Positions 45,791 to 56,795 of a DNA stretch of 58,214 nt are shown piece after piece; positions within the stretch are counted from its first letter, which is position 1, and every line of letters begins with the position of its first letter. A model generated the notes under the pieces. That model made no database searches, had not been told where the DNA came from, and saw only the letters and a program-made list of their open reading frames with translations. Both the position numbers and the translations under genes were made by a program. Origin of the DNA: Burkholderiales bacterium (lineage in GTDB: Bacteria > Pseudomonadota > Gammaproteobacteria > Burkholderiales > SG8-39); the NCBI GenBank assembly GCA_038319115.1, contig JBBQCV010000001.1, positions 1-58,214 of the forward strand. Direction: 5' to 3'.

Positions 45791-47062
45791 ATGAACAAGG
45801 AAATGGCCGAAGTGCTGGTGCGCGTCGGGCCGGACACGCCGATGGGCAAGCTCATGCGCAGGTACTGGGTGCCCATCGTGTCCTCGTCCGAGATCGCCGA
45901 GCCCGACGGGCCCCAGGTGCGCGTAAAGATCCTCGGCGAGCGGCTGCTGGCCTTTCGCGACACCGAAGGGCGTGCCAGCCTCATCGACGAGTTCTGCGCC
46001 CACCGCGGCGTGTCGCTGTTCTTCGGGCGCAACGAGGAGCACGGCATTCGCTGCTCGTATCACGGCTGGAAATTCGACCGCACCGGCCAGTGCGTGGAAC
46101 TGCCCTCGGTCCCGGCGCTCGCGGCCAAGATGAGCATCACCGCCTACCCGTGCGTGGAGCGCGGCGGGCTGGTGTGGGCCTACATGGGCCCCAAGGACAA
46201 GCAGCCGGCCCCGCCCGAAGTCGAGTGGTGCGGGCTGCCCGAGAGCCATCGCTACGCCTCCAAGCGCCTGCAGGAATGCAGCTGGCTGCAGGCCATGGAA
46301 GGGGGCATTGACACCACCCACGCCTCGTGGGTGCATCGCTACGAGCTGGACATCGACCCAATGCACCGCGAAGCGGCCGCCAACAAGTACATCAAGGCCG
46401 ACCGCAACGCGGTGTTCGACGTCCACGAAATGCCGCACGGGCTGTCGATCTACGGGCGCCGCAATGGCGAGGCCGATTCCTATTACTGGCGCGTCACCCA
46501 GTTCCTGTTTCCGTGGTACACGCTGATCCCGCCGTTCGGGCCGCACCCGCTGGGCGGGCACGTGTGGGTGCCCATCGACGACGAACACTGCTGGGCGTGG
46601 AGCATCAACTTCTATCCCGACAAGCCGCTTTCCATTGAGGAGCGCCGCGACCTCGAGGAGGGCAAGGGCATCCACGTGAAATACGAGCCTGGCAGCTTCC
46701 GTCCCGCGGCCAACAAGGACAACGACTACCTCATCGACCGACGCGCGCAGAAGGAAATGCGCTCGTTCAGCGGCGTCGAAGGGTTCTCGGTACAGGACGC
46801 CTCGCTGCAGGAAAGCATGGGCCCGATCCAGGACCATTCGCGCGAGCACCTCGTCGCCACCGACAAGCCGATCGCGATGGCGCGGCGCATCCTGTTCAAT
46901 GCCGCGCTCAACCTCTCGCAGGGCATCGAACCGCCGGCGCTGGACGCGGCAGCGCAGCGCGTGCGCGCCGCATCGGTGCTTCTTGACCGCAATGCGAGCG
47001 TGACGGACTGGGCGAACGAAGCACTTTACGATGAGTTGGCCCAGCCGGTATTTTCACTATGA
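45791..47062 (+). CDS. Rieske aromatic ring-hydroxylating oxygenase (mirror copy)
   Basis: Mirror copy of 11153..12424; ATG at 45791; palindrome caveat. Confidence 0.85.
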   Translation: MNKEMAEVLVRVGPDTPMGKLMRRYWVPIVSSSEIAEPDGPQVRVKILGERLLAFRDTEGRASLIDEFCAHRGVSLFFGRNEEHGIRCSYHGWKFDRTGQCVELPSVPALAAKMSITAYPCVERGGLVWAYMGPKDKQPAPPEVEWCGLPESHRYASKRLQECSWLQAMEGGIDTTHASWVHRYELDIDPMHREAAANKYIKADRNAVFDVHEMPHGLSIYGRRNGEADSYYWRVTQFLFPWYTLIPPFGPHPLGGHVWVPIDDEHCWAWSINFYPDKPLSIEERRDLEEGKGIHVKYEPGSFRPAANKDNDYLIDRRAQKEMRSFSGVEGFSVQDASLQESMGPIQDHSREHLVATDKPIAMARRILFNAALNLSQGIEPPALDAAAQRVRAASVLLDRNASVTDWANEALYDELAQPVFSL

Positions 47063-48036
47063 GGAATTCGATGCGTAGAGTCATTTGTGCCTTGGGCGCG
47101 GCTGCGGTGCTGCTGCCGATGCACGCGCAGTCGCAGGAGTGGTCGCCGACCAAGCCGGTGCGCATCATCGTGCCGGTGCTCGGCGGCACCAACGACCTCG
47201 TCGCGCGCCTGGTCGCGCCCAAATTGCAGGAGGCGCTCGGCCAGCCGATCGTGGTGGAGAACAAGGGTGGCGCGGGTGGCAACATCGGCGCGGACATGGT
47301 GGCCAAGGCGGCGCCGGACGGCCACATGCTGCTGATCGGCTACAACGGGCCGATCGCGGTCAACGTCTCGTTGTTCGCGAAGATGCCGTACGACCCGGTC
47401 AAAGACCTGGCGCCGATCACGCTGGCCGTGACCGCGCCGCAGTTCCTCACCGTCCACCCGAGCGTGCCCGCGCACACGGTGGGCGAGCTGGTGGCGCTGG
47501 CCAAGGCCCAGCCGGGCAAGCTCAGCTACGCGTCGATCGCCGTGGGCAGCGCTTCGCACCTGACCATGGAGATGCTGAAGACCGCCGCCGGCGTCAATAT
47601 CGTGCATGTGCCCTACAAGGGCTCGGCGCCGGCGGTGACCGACCTCCTCGGCGGCAACGTGCAGACGGCGTTCTTCGTGCCGGGCAACGTGCTGCAATAC
47701 GTAAAGTCGGGTCAGATCCGACTTCTCGCATCGACCGGGCGCAAGCGCTTCGCCTCGACGCCTTCGGTGCCGACCATGATCGAGTCGGGCTTTCCCGACT
47801 TCGAGGCGGTGGCGTGGATCGGCTTCCTCACCACCGGCGGCACGCCACGGCCGATCATCGAGCGCTACAACCGCGAGATCGTGCGCATCCTCCACCTGCC
47901 CGAAGTGCGCGACAAGCTGCTCGCGGTCGAGTTCGAGATGGTGGCCGGCTCGCCCGAGCAGTTCGCCGAATGGATCCGCACCGAGATCCCGCGCTGGGGC
48001 AAGGTGATCCGGCAGACGGGTGCCAAAGTAAACTAA
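47059..48036 (+). CDS. Bug-family substrate-binding protein (mirror copy)
   Basis: Mirror copy of 10179..11156; palindrome caveat. Confidence 0.9.
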   Translation: MRNSMRRVICALGAAAVLLPMHAQSQEWSPTKPVRIIVPVLGGTNDLVARLVAPKLQEALGQPIVVENKGGAGGNIGADMVAKAAPDGHMLLIGYNGPIAVNVSLFAKMPYDPVKDLAPITLAVTAPQFLTVHPSVPAHTVGELVALAKAQPGKLSYASIAVGSASHLTMEMLKTAAGVNIVHVPYKGSAPAVTDLLGGNVQTAFFVPGNVLQYVKSGQIRLLASTGRKRFASTPSVPTMIESGFPDFEAVAWIGFLTTGGTPRPIIERYNREIVRILHLPEVRDKLLAVEFEMVAGSPEQFAEWIRTEIPRWGKVIRQTGAKVN

Positions 48037-48119
48037 GCGCTCGGAACAGGGGCACCTGCGGTTCCCCCGTTACCCCCTCCCATCTCTCCCTTTTTTGGCT
48101 GAGCTTTTACTACTTATCT

Positions 48120-48827
48120 ATGACTGATAAACCAATTCCACATCCCTCTGTTTTCGTCGACAAGCGGCGCCTCGAGCTCATCAAGGGCTATCGCGTGCAC
48201 GAGTCGCGCACGCCGGCCGGGCCGGTGCGGGTGGTCACGCCCTCGCAGACGGTCGGGCCGTTCTACCCGCAGGCACTCATCGACCCGGGCGAGGACGACC
48301 TTGCCTGCAAGGTGCCAGGTGGCGCGCGGGCGCAGGGTGTGCCCATCGTGGTAAGCGGGCAGGTCTTCGATGAATCGGGCAAGCCGGTGCGCGGTGCGCT
48401 GGTGGAGGTATGGCAGGCCAACAAGTGGGGCAAGTACGAGCACCCGGTCGACCAGACGCCCGAGCCGGTCGACCCGAACTTCAAAGGCTATGGCCGGATG
48501 CTCACCGACAGCGAAGGGCGCTATCGCTTCACGACCATCAAGCCGGGCGATTACCCCAACCCCGGGTATGACGACTGGTACCGCCCGCCGCACATCCATT
48601 TTTCCATCTTCGGCGCGGGTGTCATGCAGCGGCTCATCACGCAGCTTTATTTCCCGCACGAAAAGCTGAACGACATCGACCCGATTCTCAACGGCATCGA
48701 TGACCTCGAAGCGCGCGCCTCTCTGATCGCGCGCGAGCTTCCGCCCGGCGCCGACGGCACGTTGGCGTTCGGCTTCGACATCGTGTTGCGCGGCAACGGC
48801 GAGACGCCGTTCTTTGTCGATCCCTGA
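48120..48827 (+). CDS. PcaH-like intradiol dioxygenase (mirror copy)
   Basis: Mirror copy of 9388..10095; ATG at 48120; palindrome caveat. Confidence 0.8.
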   Translation: MTDKPIPHPSVFVDKRRLELIKGYRVHESRTPAGPVRVVTPSQTVGPFYPQALIDPGEDDLACKVPGGARAQGVPIVVSGQVFDESGKPVRGALVEVWQANKWGKYEHPVDQTPEPVDPNFKGYGRMLTDSEGRYRFTTIKPGDYPNPGYDDWYRPPHIHFSIFGAGVMQRLITQLYFPHEKLNDIDPILNGIDDLEARASLIARELPPGADGTLAFGFDIVLRGNGETPFFVDP

Positions 48828-49752
48828 GCGTTCCGGGCGCGTCAACCCGGATCCCGTGATCCGCGCTTGCCTCGGCCCGCTCCCCGCGCCTTTGCGTCCG
48901 CGCCGCGCGCTGCCCGCCGGCGCATGGGACACCCACTTCCATGTGCTCGGCCCGCAGGCGCGCTTTGCCTATTCGCCCAAGCGCAAGTACACGCCACCGG
49001 ATGCGCCGCTCGATGCGTGCCTGCGCATGCACCGGGCGCTCGGCATCGAGCGTGGGTTGGTGGTGCATGCCAACACCCACGGATTCGACAACGCGGTCGA
49101 CCTCGACGCGGCGGCGCACTCGGAGGGGCGCTATCTCGCGGTCGTGCGCCTGGACGGCACGGCCTCCCGCGAAGGATGCGAAAAGCTCCACGCGCAAGGT
49201 GCGCGCGGGGTGCGCTTCGCTTTCAACCCGCAACATGGCGGCGCGCTTGATCCTGCGGTCTTCGATCACGTGCTCGATTGCATTGACGGCCTGGGGTGGT
49301 TCGTCGAGCTGCACTTCGAGGGCGCCGCGCTACCCGGCCTCAAGGCGTGGCTCGCGGGCATCCGCGTCCCGATTGTGATCGACCACATGGGTCGCATCGA
49401 TCCCACGCTCGGCCTCGCGCAGGACTCCTTTGGCGTGCTGGCCGAACTGGCGCGGCAGGACAACGTCTGGGTCAAGCTGAGTGGTGCCGACCGCCTTACC
49501 CGGTCAGGCCCGCCGTACGCCGACGTGGTTCCGTTCGCGCAGCGCCTGATCGAAATCGCGCCCGACAGGATGTTGTGGGGCAGCGACTGGCCACACACCG
49601 GCGTGTTCGATCCGGTGCGCATGCCCGATGATGGCCGCTTGCTGGACGCGTTGTTTGAATTCGCCCCCGACGAGGCCGTGCTGCACAGGATCCTCGTCGC
49701 CAATCCGCTCCGACTGCTTGGACTGAAAGAAGGCACGCCATGGACCGCCTGA
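48814..49752 (+). CDS. LigI-like amidohydrolase (mirror copy)
   Basis: Mirror copy of 8463..9401; palindrome caveat. Confidence 0.8.
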   Translation: MSIPERSGRVNPDPVIRACLGPLPAPLRPRRALPAGAWDTHFHVLGPQARFAYSPKRKYTPPDAPLDACLRMHRALGIERGLVVHANTHGFDNAVDLDAAAHSEGRYLAVVRLDGTASREGCEKLHAQGARGVRFAFNPQHGGALDPAVFDHVLDCIDGLGWFVELHFEGAALPGLKAWLAGIRVPIVIDHMGRIDPTLGLAQDSFGVLAELARQDNVWVKLSGADRLTRSGPPYADVVPFAQRLIEIAPDRMLWGSDWPHTGVFDPVRMPDDGRLLDALFEFAPDEAVLHRILVANPLRLLGLKEGTPWTA

Positions 49753-50513
49753 AAGGCAAGGTTGCGCTCATCACCGGTGGGGGCGCGGGCATCGGCGCGG
49801 CCACTGGGGCGGTGTTCTGCGCCGAGGGCGCCGCGGTGGTGCTGGTCGACCAGGATCCCGCGGCGCTCGAGGCCACCGCGCAGGCGCTGCGCGACAAGGC
49901 GCCGGGCGCGCGCGTCGCGCATTTTTCCGCGAACGTCTCCGACGCCGAGGCCGCGCTGCGTGCGGTCGCGCATGCCATAGCGCAGTTCGGCCAGCTCGAC
50001 CTGCTGGTCAACAACGCGGCGATGCGCAACTACGCGTCGATGGCCGATGCGACGCCGCAGGAGTGGCGCGCGATGCTCGATGTCAACCTGCTCGGTGCGG
50101 CCAACTACTGCCGCGCCGCGCTCCCCCCGCTGCGCCGCTCGGGCCAGGGCAGCATCGTGAACGTGTCGTCCTGCTACGCCGTGACCGGACGCAAGGGGAT
50201 GGGCATCTACGACGCTTCCAAGGCCGCGCTGCTGGCCTTCACGCGCACCCTTGCGCACGAGGAGGCGGGCAACGGCATCCGTGCCAACGCGATCTGCCCG
50301 GGCTCGACGCTGACCGATTTCCATCTCAAACGGGCCAAGGCGGCGGGCAAGTCGCTGGAGGAGACGCGCAAGGCCCGCGACGACAATTCGCTCATCGGCC
50401 GCTGGGCCTCGCCCGACGAAATCGCCTGGCCGGTGCTGTGGCTGAGCTCGGCGGAGGCCTCCTTCATCACCGGCGCGACCCTCATGGTCGACGGCGGGCT
50501 GTCGATTATTTGA
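49740..50513 (+). CDS. SDR-family oxidoreductase (mirror copy)
   Basis: Mirror copy of 7702..8475; palindrome caveat. Confidence 0.9.
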   Translation: MDRLKGKVALITGGGAGIGAATGAVFCAEGAAVVLVDQDPAALEATAQALRDKAPGARVAHFSANVSDAEAALRAVAHAIAQFGQLDLLVNNAAMRNYASMADATPQEWRAMLDVNLLGAANYCRAALPPLRRSGQGSIVNVSSCYAVTGRKGMGIYDASKAALLAFTRTLAHEEAGNGIRANAICPGSTLTDFHLKRAKAAGKSLEETRKARDDNSLIGRWASPDEIAWPVLWLSSAEASFITGATLMVDGGLSII

Positions 50514-51372
50514 GCAGCTTGCGCATCCCGGCCAGCTCGCGCGTCGCTTTGGCGTCGAGAACGGGGTAGGCCAGGCCCAGCCCGGCAAGCGTGTCGAGCA
50601 CGATGCGCGACACGGCCAGGCGCGCGTTCTTCTTGTCGTCGGCGGGCACCACGTACCAGGGCGACAGGCTGGTGCTGGTCGCCGAGAGGCAGGCCTCGTA
50701 GGCGCGCTGGTAGTCGTCCCAGCAGGCGCGCTCCTCGAGGTCGGAGCGCACGAATTTCCAGTTCTTGGCCGGGTCGTCGATGCGCGCGAGGAAGCGCTTC
50801 TTCTGCTCGTCTTTCGAAATGTGCAGGAAGAACTTCACCACGCGCGTGCCGCTGCGGTGCAGGTGGGCCTCGAAATCGTTGATCGAGCGAAACCGCCCCT
50901 GCCAGGTTTCGGTTTCATCGGCGGGCAGGTCGGGCAGGTTCTGCGCGCGCAGTATCGCGGGGTGCACGCGCACGATGAGGACTTCCTCGTAGTAAGAACG
51001 GTTGAAGATGCCGATGCGGCCGCGTTCAGGGAGGGCGCGCACCGCACGCCACAGGAAGTCGTGGTCGAGCTCCTCGGCGCTGGGGTGCTTGAAGCTGAAC
51101 ACCTGGCAGCCCTGCGGGTTGAGGCCTGACATCACGTGCTTGATGACGCCGTCCTTGCCGGCCGCGTCCATCGCCTGCAGGATGAACAGGACCGAGTAGC
51201 CGTTGGAGGCGTACAGCCGGTCCTGCAGGTCCTGCAGCTCGGCGATGTGCTCGGCAAGCAGGTCGCGGTAACCGGATTTGGACTGGTACCAGTCCTTGAC
51301 CCGTGTCGGGCGTGCCGCCAGCTTGACCTTCTCGCCCGGCCGGACGCGGAACTCACCCGTGTTGATTTTCAT
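50506..51372 (-). CDS. ppk2: PPK2-family polyphosphate kinase (mirror copy)
   Basis: Mirror copy of 6843..7709; palindrome caveat. Confidence 0.85.
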   Translation of the reverse strand: MKINTGEFRVRPGEKVKLAARPTRVKDWYQSKSGYRDLLAEHIAELQDLQDRLYASNGYSVLFILQAMDAAGKDGVIKHVMSGLNPQGCQVFSFKHPSAEELDHDFLWRAVRALPERGRIGIFNRSYYEEVLIVRVHPAILRAQNLPDLPADETETWQGRFRSINDFEAHLHRSGTRVVKFFLHISKDEQKKRFLARIDDPAKNWKFVRSDLEERACWDDYQRAYEACLSATSTSLSPWYVVPADDKKNARLAVSRIVLDTLAGLGLAYPVLDAKATRELAGMRKLLK

Positions 51373-51476
51373 TGCGACTGTGCCTTTGGGGACAAATGCA
51401 GAGGATACCGTGGCGCGGGCGCACGCCATGAACTTGCGCGCGCCGTTCCCGCCGATCCTGACATCGCCTGACGCCG

Positions 51477-51526
51477 CCTTGCGGCGGCTCGACGCCCCCC
51501 CCCTGCGGCGGCAGCTCGACGCCCCC
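51477..51526. repeat. Direct repeat plus C9 homopolymer (mirror copy of 6689..6738)
   Basis: C9 run at 51495..51503 read directly from the sequence; mirror of the G9 run. Confidence 0.75.
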
Positions 51527-51571
51527 GCGGCATAGGTCTACCATCCAGCCAAGGTCGCATCGGAGAAGTTT

Positions 51572-52642
51572 ATGTCCACGCTCTATCGCTACGCGCTCCC
51601 GGTCGAGGAGACCCATTGGAAAGTCAACGGCGAGGTCGAGGCCTCCTTTACCTGGGACTACGACGCGCGCAGCTCCGAGCTGCTCAACCTGTACGCCAAG
51701 GGCAAGCGCCAGCAATGGGACGCGGCCACGCGCATCGACTGGAGCCTGCCGGTCGACCCGGAAGACCCGATGCAGATGGACGAAACGGTGCTGCCGCTCT
51801 ACGGCACGCCGCTGTGGGACAAGCTGTCGGCGCGGCAGAAGACCGAACTGCGCTACCACAACCAGGTGCACACGCTGTCGCAGTTCCTGCACGGCGAGCA
51901 GGGGGCGCTGGTGTGTACCGCGCGCATCGTGCAGGACGTGCCCGACATCGAATCCAAGTTTTATGCCGCCACCCAGGTCATGGACGAGGCGCGCCATGTG
52001 GAGGCGTTCAGGAAGCTGCTGACCGACAAGTACCGCATGGTGTACCCGATATCGCCGCCGTTGAAGGCGTTGCTCGAAAAGACGTTGTCGGACAAGCGCT
52101 GGGATTTCACCTATCTCGGCATGCAGGTGCTTATCGAAGGCCTTGCGCTGGTGGCTTTCCAGAGCATTCGTGACTATTCGAAGAACCTGCTGTGCCGCCA
52201 GGTGAACGCCTACGTGATGCAGGACGAGGCACGGCACGTCGCCTTCGGGCGCATGGCGCTCAAGGACTATTACCCGCAACTCACCGAGGCCGAGCGGCGC
52301 GAGCGCGAGGATTTCATCATCGAGGGCTCGATCTACCTGAGCGACCGCATGCGCGCGCGAGAGATGTGGGAAAAGCTCGGCTACGAGCCCGACGACATCC
52401 TGCCGGTGATCGAGGCCTCCGAGGCCAACATCCGCTACCGCATGCGCCTGTTCTCGCGCATCGTCCCCACGGTGCGCGACATCGGCCTGTGGAGCCCGCG
52501 CGTGCAGAAGGCGTTCACCGACCTTGGGGTGATGAAATACGCGACCACCGACGCCGACGCGATGCTCGAGAAGGACGCCCGCGTGGCGGAGGATTTCGAC
52601 CGCCAGATGAAGGAAGGCTGGCAGGCCGCCGTCGAGGGCTGA
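51572..52642 (+). CDS. Ferritin-like diiron protein (mirror copy)
   Basis: Mirror copy of 5573..6643; palindrome caveat. Confidence 0.7.
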   Translation: MSTLYRYALPVEETHWKVNGEVEASFTWDYDARSSELLNLYAKGKRQQWDAATRIDWSLPVDPEDPMQMDETVLPLYGTPLWDKLSARQKTELRYHNQVHTLSQFLHGEQGALVCTARIVQDVPDIESKFYAATQVMDEARHVEAFRKLLTDKYRMVYPISPPLKALLEKTLSDKRWDFTYLGMQVLIEGLALVAFQSIRDYSKNLLCRQVNAYVMQDEARHVAFGRMALKDYYPQLTEAERREREDFIIEGSIYLSDRMRAREMWEKLGYEPDDILPVIEASEANIRYRMRLFSRIVPTVRDIGLWSPRVQKAFTDLGVMKYATTDADAMLEKDARVAEDFDRQMKEGWQAAVEG

Positions 52643-52715
52643 AGCGGGCGGGCCGCCGCCCAATTACCCATTCGACTGCTTGCGCAACGTCCGTCGGGCA
52701 CGAATCGCAACGTCA

Positions 52716-54503
52716 CTACGCGCGCTCCGCAGCCCTTGCTTGCGGAAGCGGCAGGGACTCTACGTCCTTGACGATCCTCACCGTCACTGGCTCGGCGCGG
52801 TTGCGCACCGTGATTTCTTCGCGCGGAAACCCCGACAGGTCGATCCCAGCGCGCTCGGCAACGCGGTCGGACACGATCAGTTCGCAGGCGAATTCCTTGG
52901 TGTGGTCCTGCAGGCGGCTGGCGGTGTTGACCGTGTCGCCGACCGCGGTGAGGTAGGTGGCGACGCCGCGGCCCATGTGCCCGACGACCGCCGGCCCCAC
53001 GTGCACGCCGATGCCCAGGCGCAGCGGCTCGGGCAGCGCTTCGTGCAGTTCTGCGCTCAGGTCGGTGATTGCACGGTGCATGGCGCGCGCGGCCGCCAGC
53101 GCGTCGCGCGCACCCGCCGCCGCGCCGCTTTCGACTCCGAACAGCGCCATGATGCCGTCGCCGATGAACTGGTTCGGGATGCCGCCGGCCGCCTCGATCG
53201 CGTCCCCCACCGCCTCGAAGTAGCGGTTGAGCAGGAAGACGACGTCGTAGGGCAGGCGCTTTTCGGCGATCTTGGTGAACCCGCGCAGGTCGGCGAACAT
53301 GACGCAGACCTCCCTTTCGCGCCCGGCCATGATGCCGGGGTGCTCGAGGGACTCCATCGGCTTCATGCTGGGCGGAATAAGGAGCATGAGACTCAGGTCG
53401 TGGACCGGCCGCAGCTGGCAGGCGAGGCGCACGTCGGGCGGGGCATTCAGGCGCGCGAGCACGCGCGCCTCGGTCGGGCGCGGCGGTGGCAACGGGCCCG
53501 CGCCCGACAAGACGCGTACCCGGCAAGTCGAGCAGCGCCCGCGCCCGCCGCACACCGAAGCATGCGGGATGCGCTCCTGGCGGCTGGCCTCGAGGATCGA
53601 GAAGCCCACCGGGACAGTAACCACCCGCCGGCCGGGATAGGTGATGCGCACCGAGCTTCCGCGCTCGATGACCTCGCGCACCGCGCGCGCCACCAGCGTG
53701 ATGGCGAGCAGGAAGGCGAACACCAATTCGATGGAGTCGCCGGTGTGCTTGAGCGCGGCAGAGGCCATGACGTCGGGCGCGCGCGCATCGGCCAGCAGCT
53801 CGCGCGCCCAGATCGGGTCGGCCGCGAGGCTGGCGACGAAGCGGCCAGCCTGCGCGAACCCAAGCAGGCCAAGCACGGGCAGCAGGACCACGATGGTGTA
53901 CAGCACCATGCGGATGCGCGCATACCAGGGCTCCATGCGCAGCCAGTAGTGGATGCCCATGCAGCCATGCGCCCAGGCCACCAGCACCAGGATGCTCTGC
54001 CACAGCGCCAGTTCGGGCTTGAGCACCCAGAACACCAGCACCACCGCGGTGTACGAATCTTCGAAGCCGAATTCTTCGTGGGAAAGACGCGTCCCGATGA
54101 CGTGGTCGACGAGCAGCAGCGGGATCGCCACGCCCAGCAGGATCTGGAATCCCTCCCAGAACGGCATGCGGAACTGGCGGCGCAGGTAGATCGACCAGAC
54201 GGCCAGCGCGATGTGGACCACGATCGCGCCGGCAATGAGCGCCGTGCCCACGGAATTGCGCCACACGGCGAGGAACGCCCAGCGGCCGGCCTCCATCGCC
54301 GCGAGCGAGACCAGTCCGAGCGCGTGGTTGACCAGGTGCGTGGCGACGAAGATGAACAGCACCACACCCGATGCGATGCGGGCGCGGCGCGCATCCCTGG
54401 AAGGACGCCGTGGACCCCGCTGCGACGCATCCGCGGCCGTCGTCGGGGCGGAGACGGGAGCGGGCACAGGCGCTGGGGCGGGGGCAGGCAGGAGGGGCGG
54501 CAT
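52716..54503 (-). CDS. Membrane / 2Fe-2S / class III cyclase (mirror copy)
   Basis: Mirror copy of 3712..5499; palindrome caveat. Confidence 0.85.
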   Translation of the reverse strand: MPPLLPAPAPAPVPAPVSAPTTAADASQRGPRRPSRDARRARIASGVVLFIFVATHLVNHALGLVSLAAMEAGRWAFLAVWRNSVGTALIAGAIVVHIALAVWSIYLRRQFRMPFWEGFQILLGVAIPLLLVDHVIGTRLSHEEFGFEDSYTAVVLVFWVLKPELALWQSILVLVAWAHGCMGIHYWLRMEPWYARIRMVLYTIVVLLPVLGLLGFAQAGRFVASLAADPIWARELLADARAPDVMASAALKHTGDSIELVFAFLLAITLVARAVREVIERGSSVRITYPGRRVVTVPVGFSILEASRQERIPHASVCGGRGRCSTCRVRVLSGAGPLPPPRPTEARVLARLNAPPDVRLACQLRPVHDLSLMLLIPPSMKPMESLEHPGIMAGREREVCVMFADLRGFTKIAEKRLPYDVVFLLNRYFEAVGDAIEAAGGIPNQFIGDGIMALFGVESGAAAGARDALAAARAMHRAITDLSAELHEALPEPLRLGIGVHVGPAVVGHMGRGVATYLTAVGDTVNTASRLQDHTKEFACELIVSDRVAERAGIDLSGFPREEITVRNRAEPVTVRIVKDVESLPLPQARAAERA

Positions 54504-54551
54504 GATTCTCGAATGTCGTAATGCTAACCGGATTCGACGCTATATTCGGAC

Positions 54552-55178
54552 ATGCGAATCCTGCGCTCGGCCGAGTACGCCACGCTTGCCTGGAAGAACA
54601 GGCTGGGCGTGTCGCGCGTCATCGCTTCGCACCCGGCCATCGGCGGCCACGACACGGCCGACTGGCAGGTGAGCACCACCGACATCGGCATCGACTGCCC
54701 GTTTTCGGCCCTGTCCGGCATGGACCGGCAGTTCATGCTGCTGGCGGGGGCCGGCGTCGAACTTACGTGCATCGATATCATCAACAATGTGAACGTGCGT
54801 CGCGCGGTCGGCACGCCCTTCGTGCCTTTCGCCTTCAGCGGCGATTGGGAAACCACCTGCCGCCTGCTCGGCGAGCCCGTGCAGGTGTTCAACGTAATGA
54901 CGCGGCGCAGCCGGGCCAGCGCCAGGATCGTGCTGCCGCGCTGGCGGGGGCCCCTCTTTTGCGAGCAGCGCGCGGGCGAGACCGTGGTCGCCGTGCTCCT
55001 CGAAGGCGAGGCGCAGGTCAGCGGCGACGCCCTGCCCCTGAAGCCGCTTGAATCGGTGCTTCTCGACTCGCCGCAAGGCGAACGCTGCGCCCTCGTCGCG
55101 AGCGGTGAAACGGCGCGCATCGCGATCGTGCGCCTCGGCCCGGCCCCCGAGCCGCGCAAGGCCGTGCCGCCGCGCTGA
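54552..55178 (+). CDS. HutD/Ves-family protein (mirror copy)
   Basis: Mirror copy of 3037..3663; palindrome caveat. Confidence 0.75.
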   Translation: MRILRSAEYATLAWKNRLGVSRVIASHPAIGGHDTADWQVSTTDIGIDCPFSALSGMDRQFMLLAGAGVELTCIDIINNVNVRRAVGTPFVPFAFSGDWETTCRLLGEPVQVFNVMTRRSRASARIVLPRWRGPLFCEQRAGETVVAVLLEGEAQVSGDALPLKPLESVLLDSPQGERCALVASGETARIAIVRLGPAPEPRKAVPPR

Positions 55179-55205
55179 AAAGGCCGCGGCGCGCGCCCGC
55201 GCGTC

Positions 55206-55559
55206 CTAGCCGGTCAGCTTGCGCAGGACGTGGCGGCGGTTTTTGGTGAAAGGCCGCACGTGCGACGGCCAGCGACCCGAATCCACCGCCTTGGCCCAGC
55301 CTTCGCCCACGAGCACGTCGGCGCTCTCGAGCTCATACACGGCCATGTAGACCGGCTCGCCTTCCATGACGATGGATTTCTTCTCGCCGCCGAGGATCAT
55401 GGTGAGCGGTTCCATCTTGTAGCGCTTGGCCGACACCACGCCGGGGACCTTGAGGATCAGCGGGATGTGCTCGGTGTCGTAGACCTCGTTGAAGAGGGCT
55501 TCCTTGTCGGCTTCGACATCCATGCTGACGGTGAAAATGTAGTTGGCTTTCGCGGGCAT
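55206..55559 (-). CDS. Small conserved hypothetical protein (mirror copy)
   Basis: Mirror copy of 2656..3009; palindrome caveat. Confidence 0.55.
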   Translation of the reverse strand: MPAKANYIFTVSMDVEADKEALFNEVYDTEHIPLILKVPGVVSAKRYKMEPLTMILGGEKKSIVMEGEPVYMAVYELESADVLVGEGWAKAVDSGRWPSHVRPFTKNRRHVLRKLTG

Positions 55560-55652
55560 GGCGCTTCCTTTGTGGCGATGCGTGGGGATGCGCCGATCTT
55601 ACCAGCCGCGCTGGGCCGGTCCGTGCGTTGTTTCAGGTGCGCGAGGCCACTG

Positions 55653-56795
55653 TCACCAGCCCGAGAAGCGTGGCCAGGTGGCCTCGATGCGCCCGTCGCC
55701 GTCGAGCACCGCATAGTGATCGTACTGCGCGGCGGTTGCGCAGGCGTGGTTGGGCAGGATGCGCAGGCGCGTGCCGATCGGCAGGTCCGGCATGCGCGCC
55801 GGATCGCCGCTGCGATGGCTGATGATGCCGTGCTCCTGGCTCGCATCCGACACGATGAGCCCGGGAATCGGCCGGCCCGCCGCGTCGCAGACCACGCCAT
55901 AGCCCTGGTCGAGCGGCTGTTTCGCGGTGCCGCGGTCGCGCGACATGGCCATCCAGCCCGCGTCGGTGAGCGTCCATCCCTTTTCGCGCTGGTGCCCGAT
56001 CACCGTGCCGAGCACCGAGACGGCGATGTCTTCCACGCGGCACACGCCGATGCCGGCCATCACCAGGTCGAAAAACACGAACACCCCGGCACGCACCTCG
56101 GTCACGCCCGTGAGGTCATCGGCGTACGTGGCGGTGGGCGTGGAGCCGACGCTCACGACCGGCGCGTCAAACCCGGCTGCGCGCAACGCATGCGCGGCGG
56201 CAATGACTGCATCGCGCTCCTGCACGGCCATCGCGCGAATCGCATCGACGCTGCGGCAGTCGTACGAACCGCCCGCGTGAGTCATGACCCCGGCCACCTG
56301 TGCGCGGCTGCCGGCCAGCGCGCGTGCGATTTCGACTATCGCCGGGTCGCCGGGCCGCAGGCCCGCGCGGTGTCCGTCGCAGTCGATCTCGACCAGCACG
56401 CGCAAGGCCGGAGCGTCCGGGCCGAGCAGGCCGGCGATCGTGCGTGCCGCCTGCAGGCTGTCGAGCACGATCGCCAGGTCCACGCCGTTGCGCGCGAGCG
56501 CAAGGGCGCGCGCGAGCTTGTCCGGCGCGAAAGCCACGCCATACAGGATGTCGCGATAGCCGTGGACGGCGAACTGCTCGGCTTCCTTGAGCGTCGACAC
56601 GGTGATCGGTGCGGGCGCTTCGCCGAGCACGAGGCGCGCCACCCCAAGCGACTTGGCAGTCTTCACGTGCAGCCGCAGCCGCGAGCCGAGGGATTCGATG
56701 TGCGAGCGCAGGCGCGCGGCGTTGGCGGCGACCTTGCCGCGATCCAGCAGCAGCGCAGGGGTATCGAGTTCGGCGAGGGTCGGGTCCGGGGTCAT
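55653..56795 (-). CDS. DSD1-family PLP enzyme (mirror copy)
   Basis: Mirror copy of 1420..2562; palindrome caveat. Confidence 0.8.
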   Translation of the reverse strand: MTPDPTLAELDTPALLLDRGKVAANAARLRSHIESLGSRLRLHVKTAKSLGVARLVLGEAPAPITVSTLKEAEQFAVHGYRDILYGVAFAPDKLARALALARNGVDLAIVLDSLQAARTIAGLLGPDAPALRVLVEIDCDGHRAGLRPGDPAIVEIARALAGSRAQVAGVMTHAGGSYDCRSVDAIRAMAVQERDAVIAAAHALRAAGFDAPVVSVGSTPTATYADDLTGVTEVRAGVFVFFDLVMAGIGVCRVEDIAVSVLGTVIGHQREKGWTLTDAGWMAMSRDRGTAKQPLDQGYGVVCDAAGRPIPGLIVSDASQEHGIISHRSGDPARMPDLPIGTRLRILPNHACATAAQYDHYAVLDGDGRIEATWPRFSGW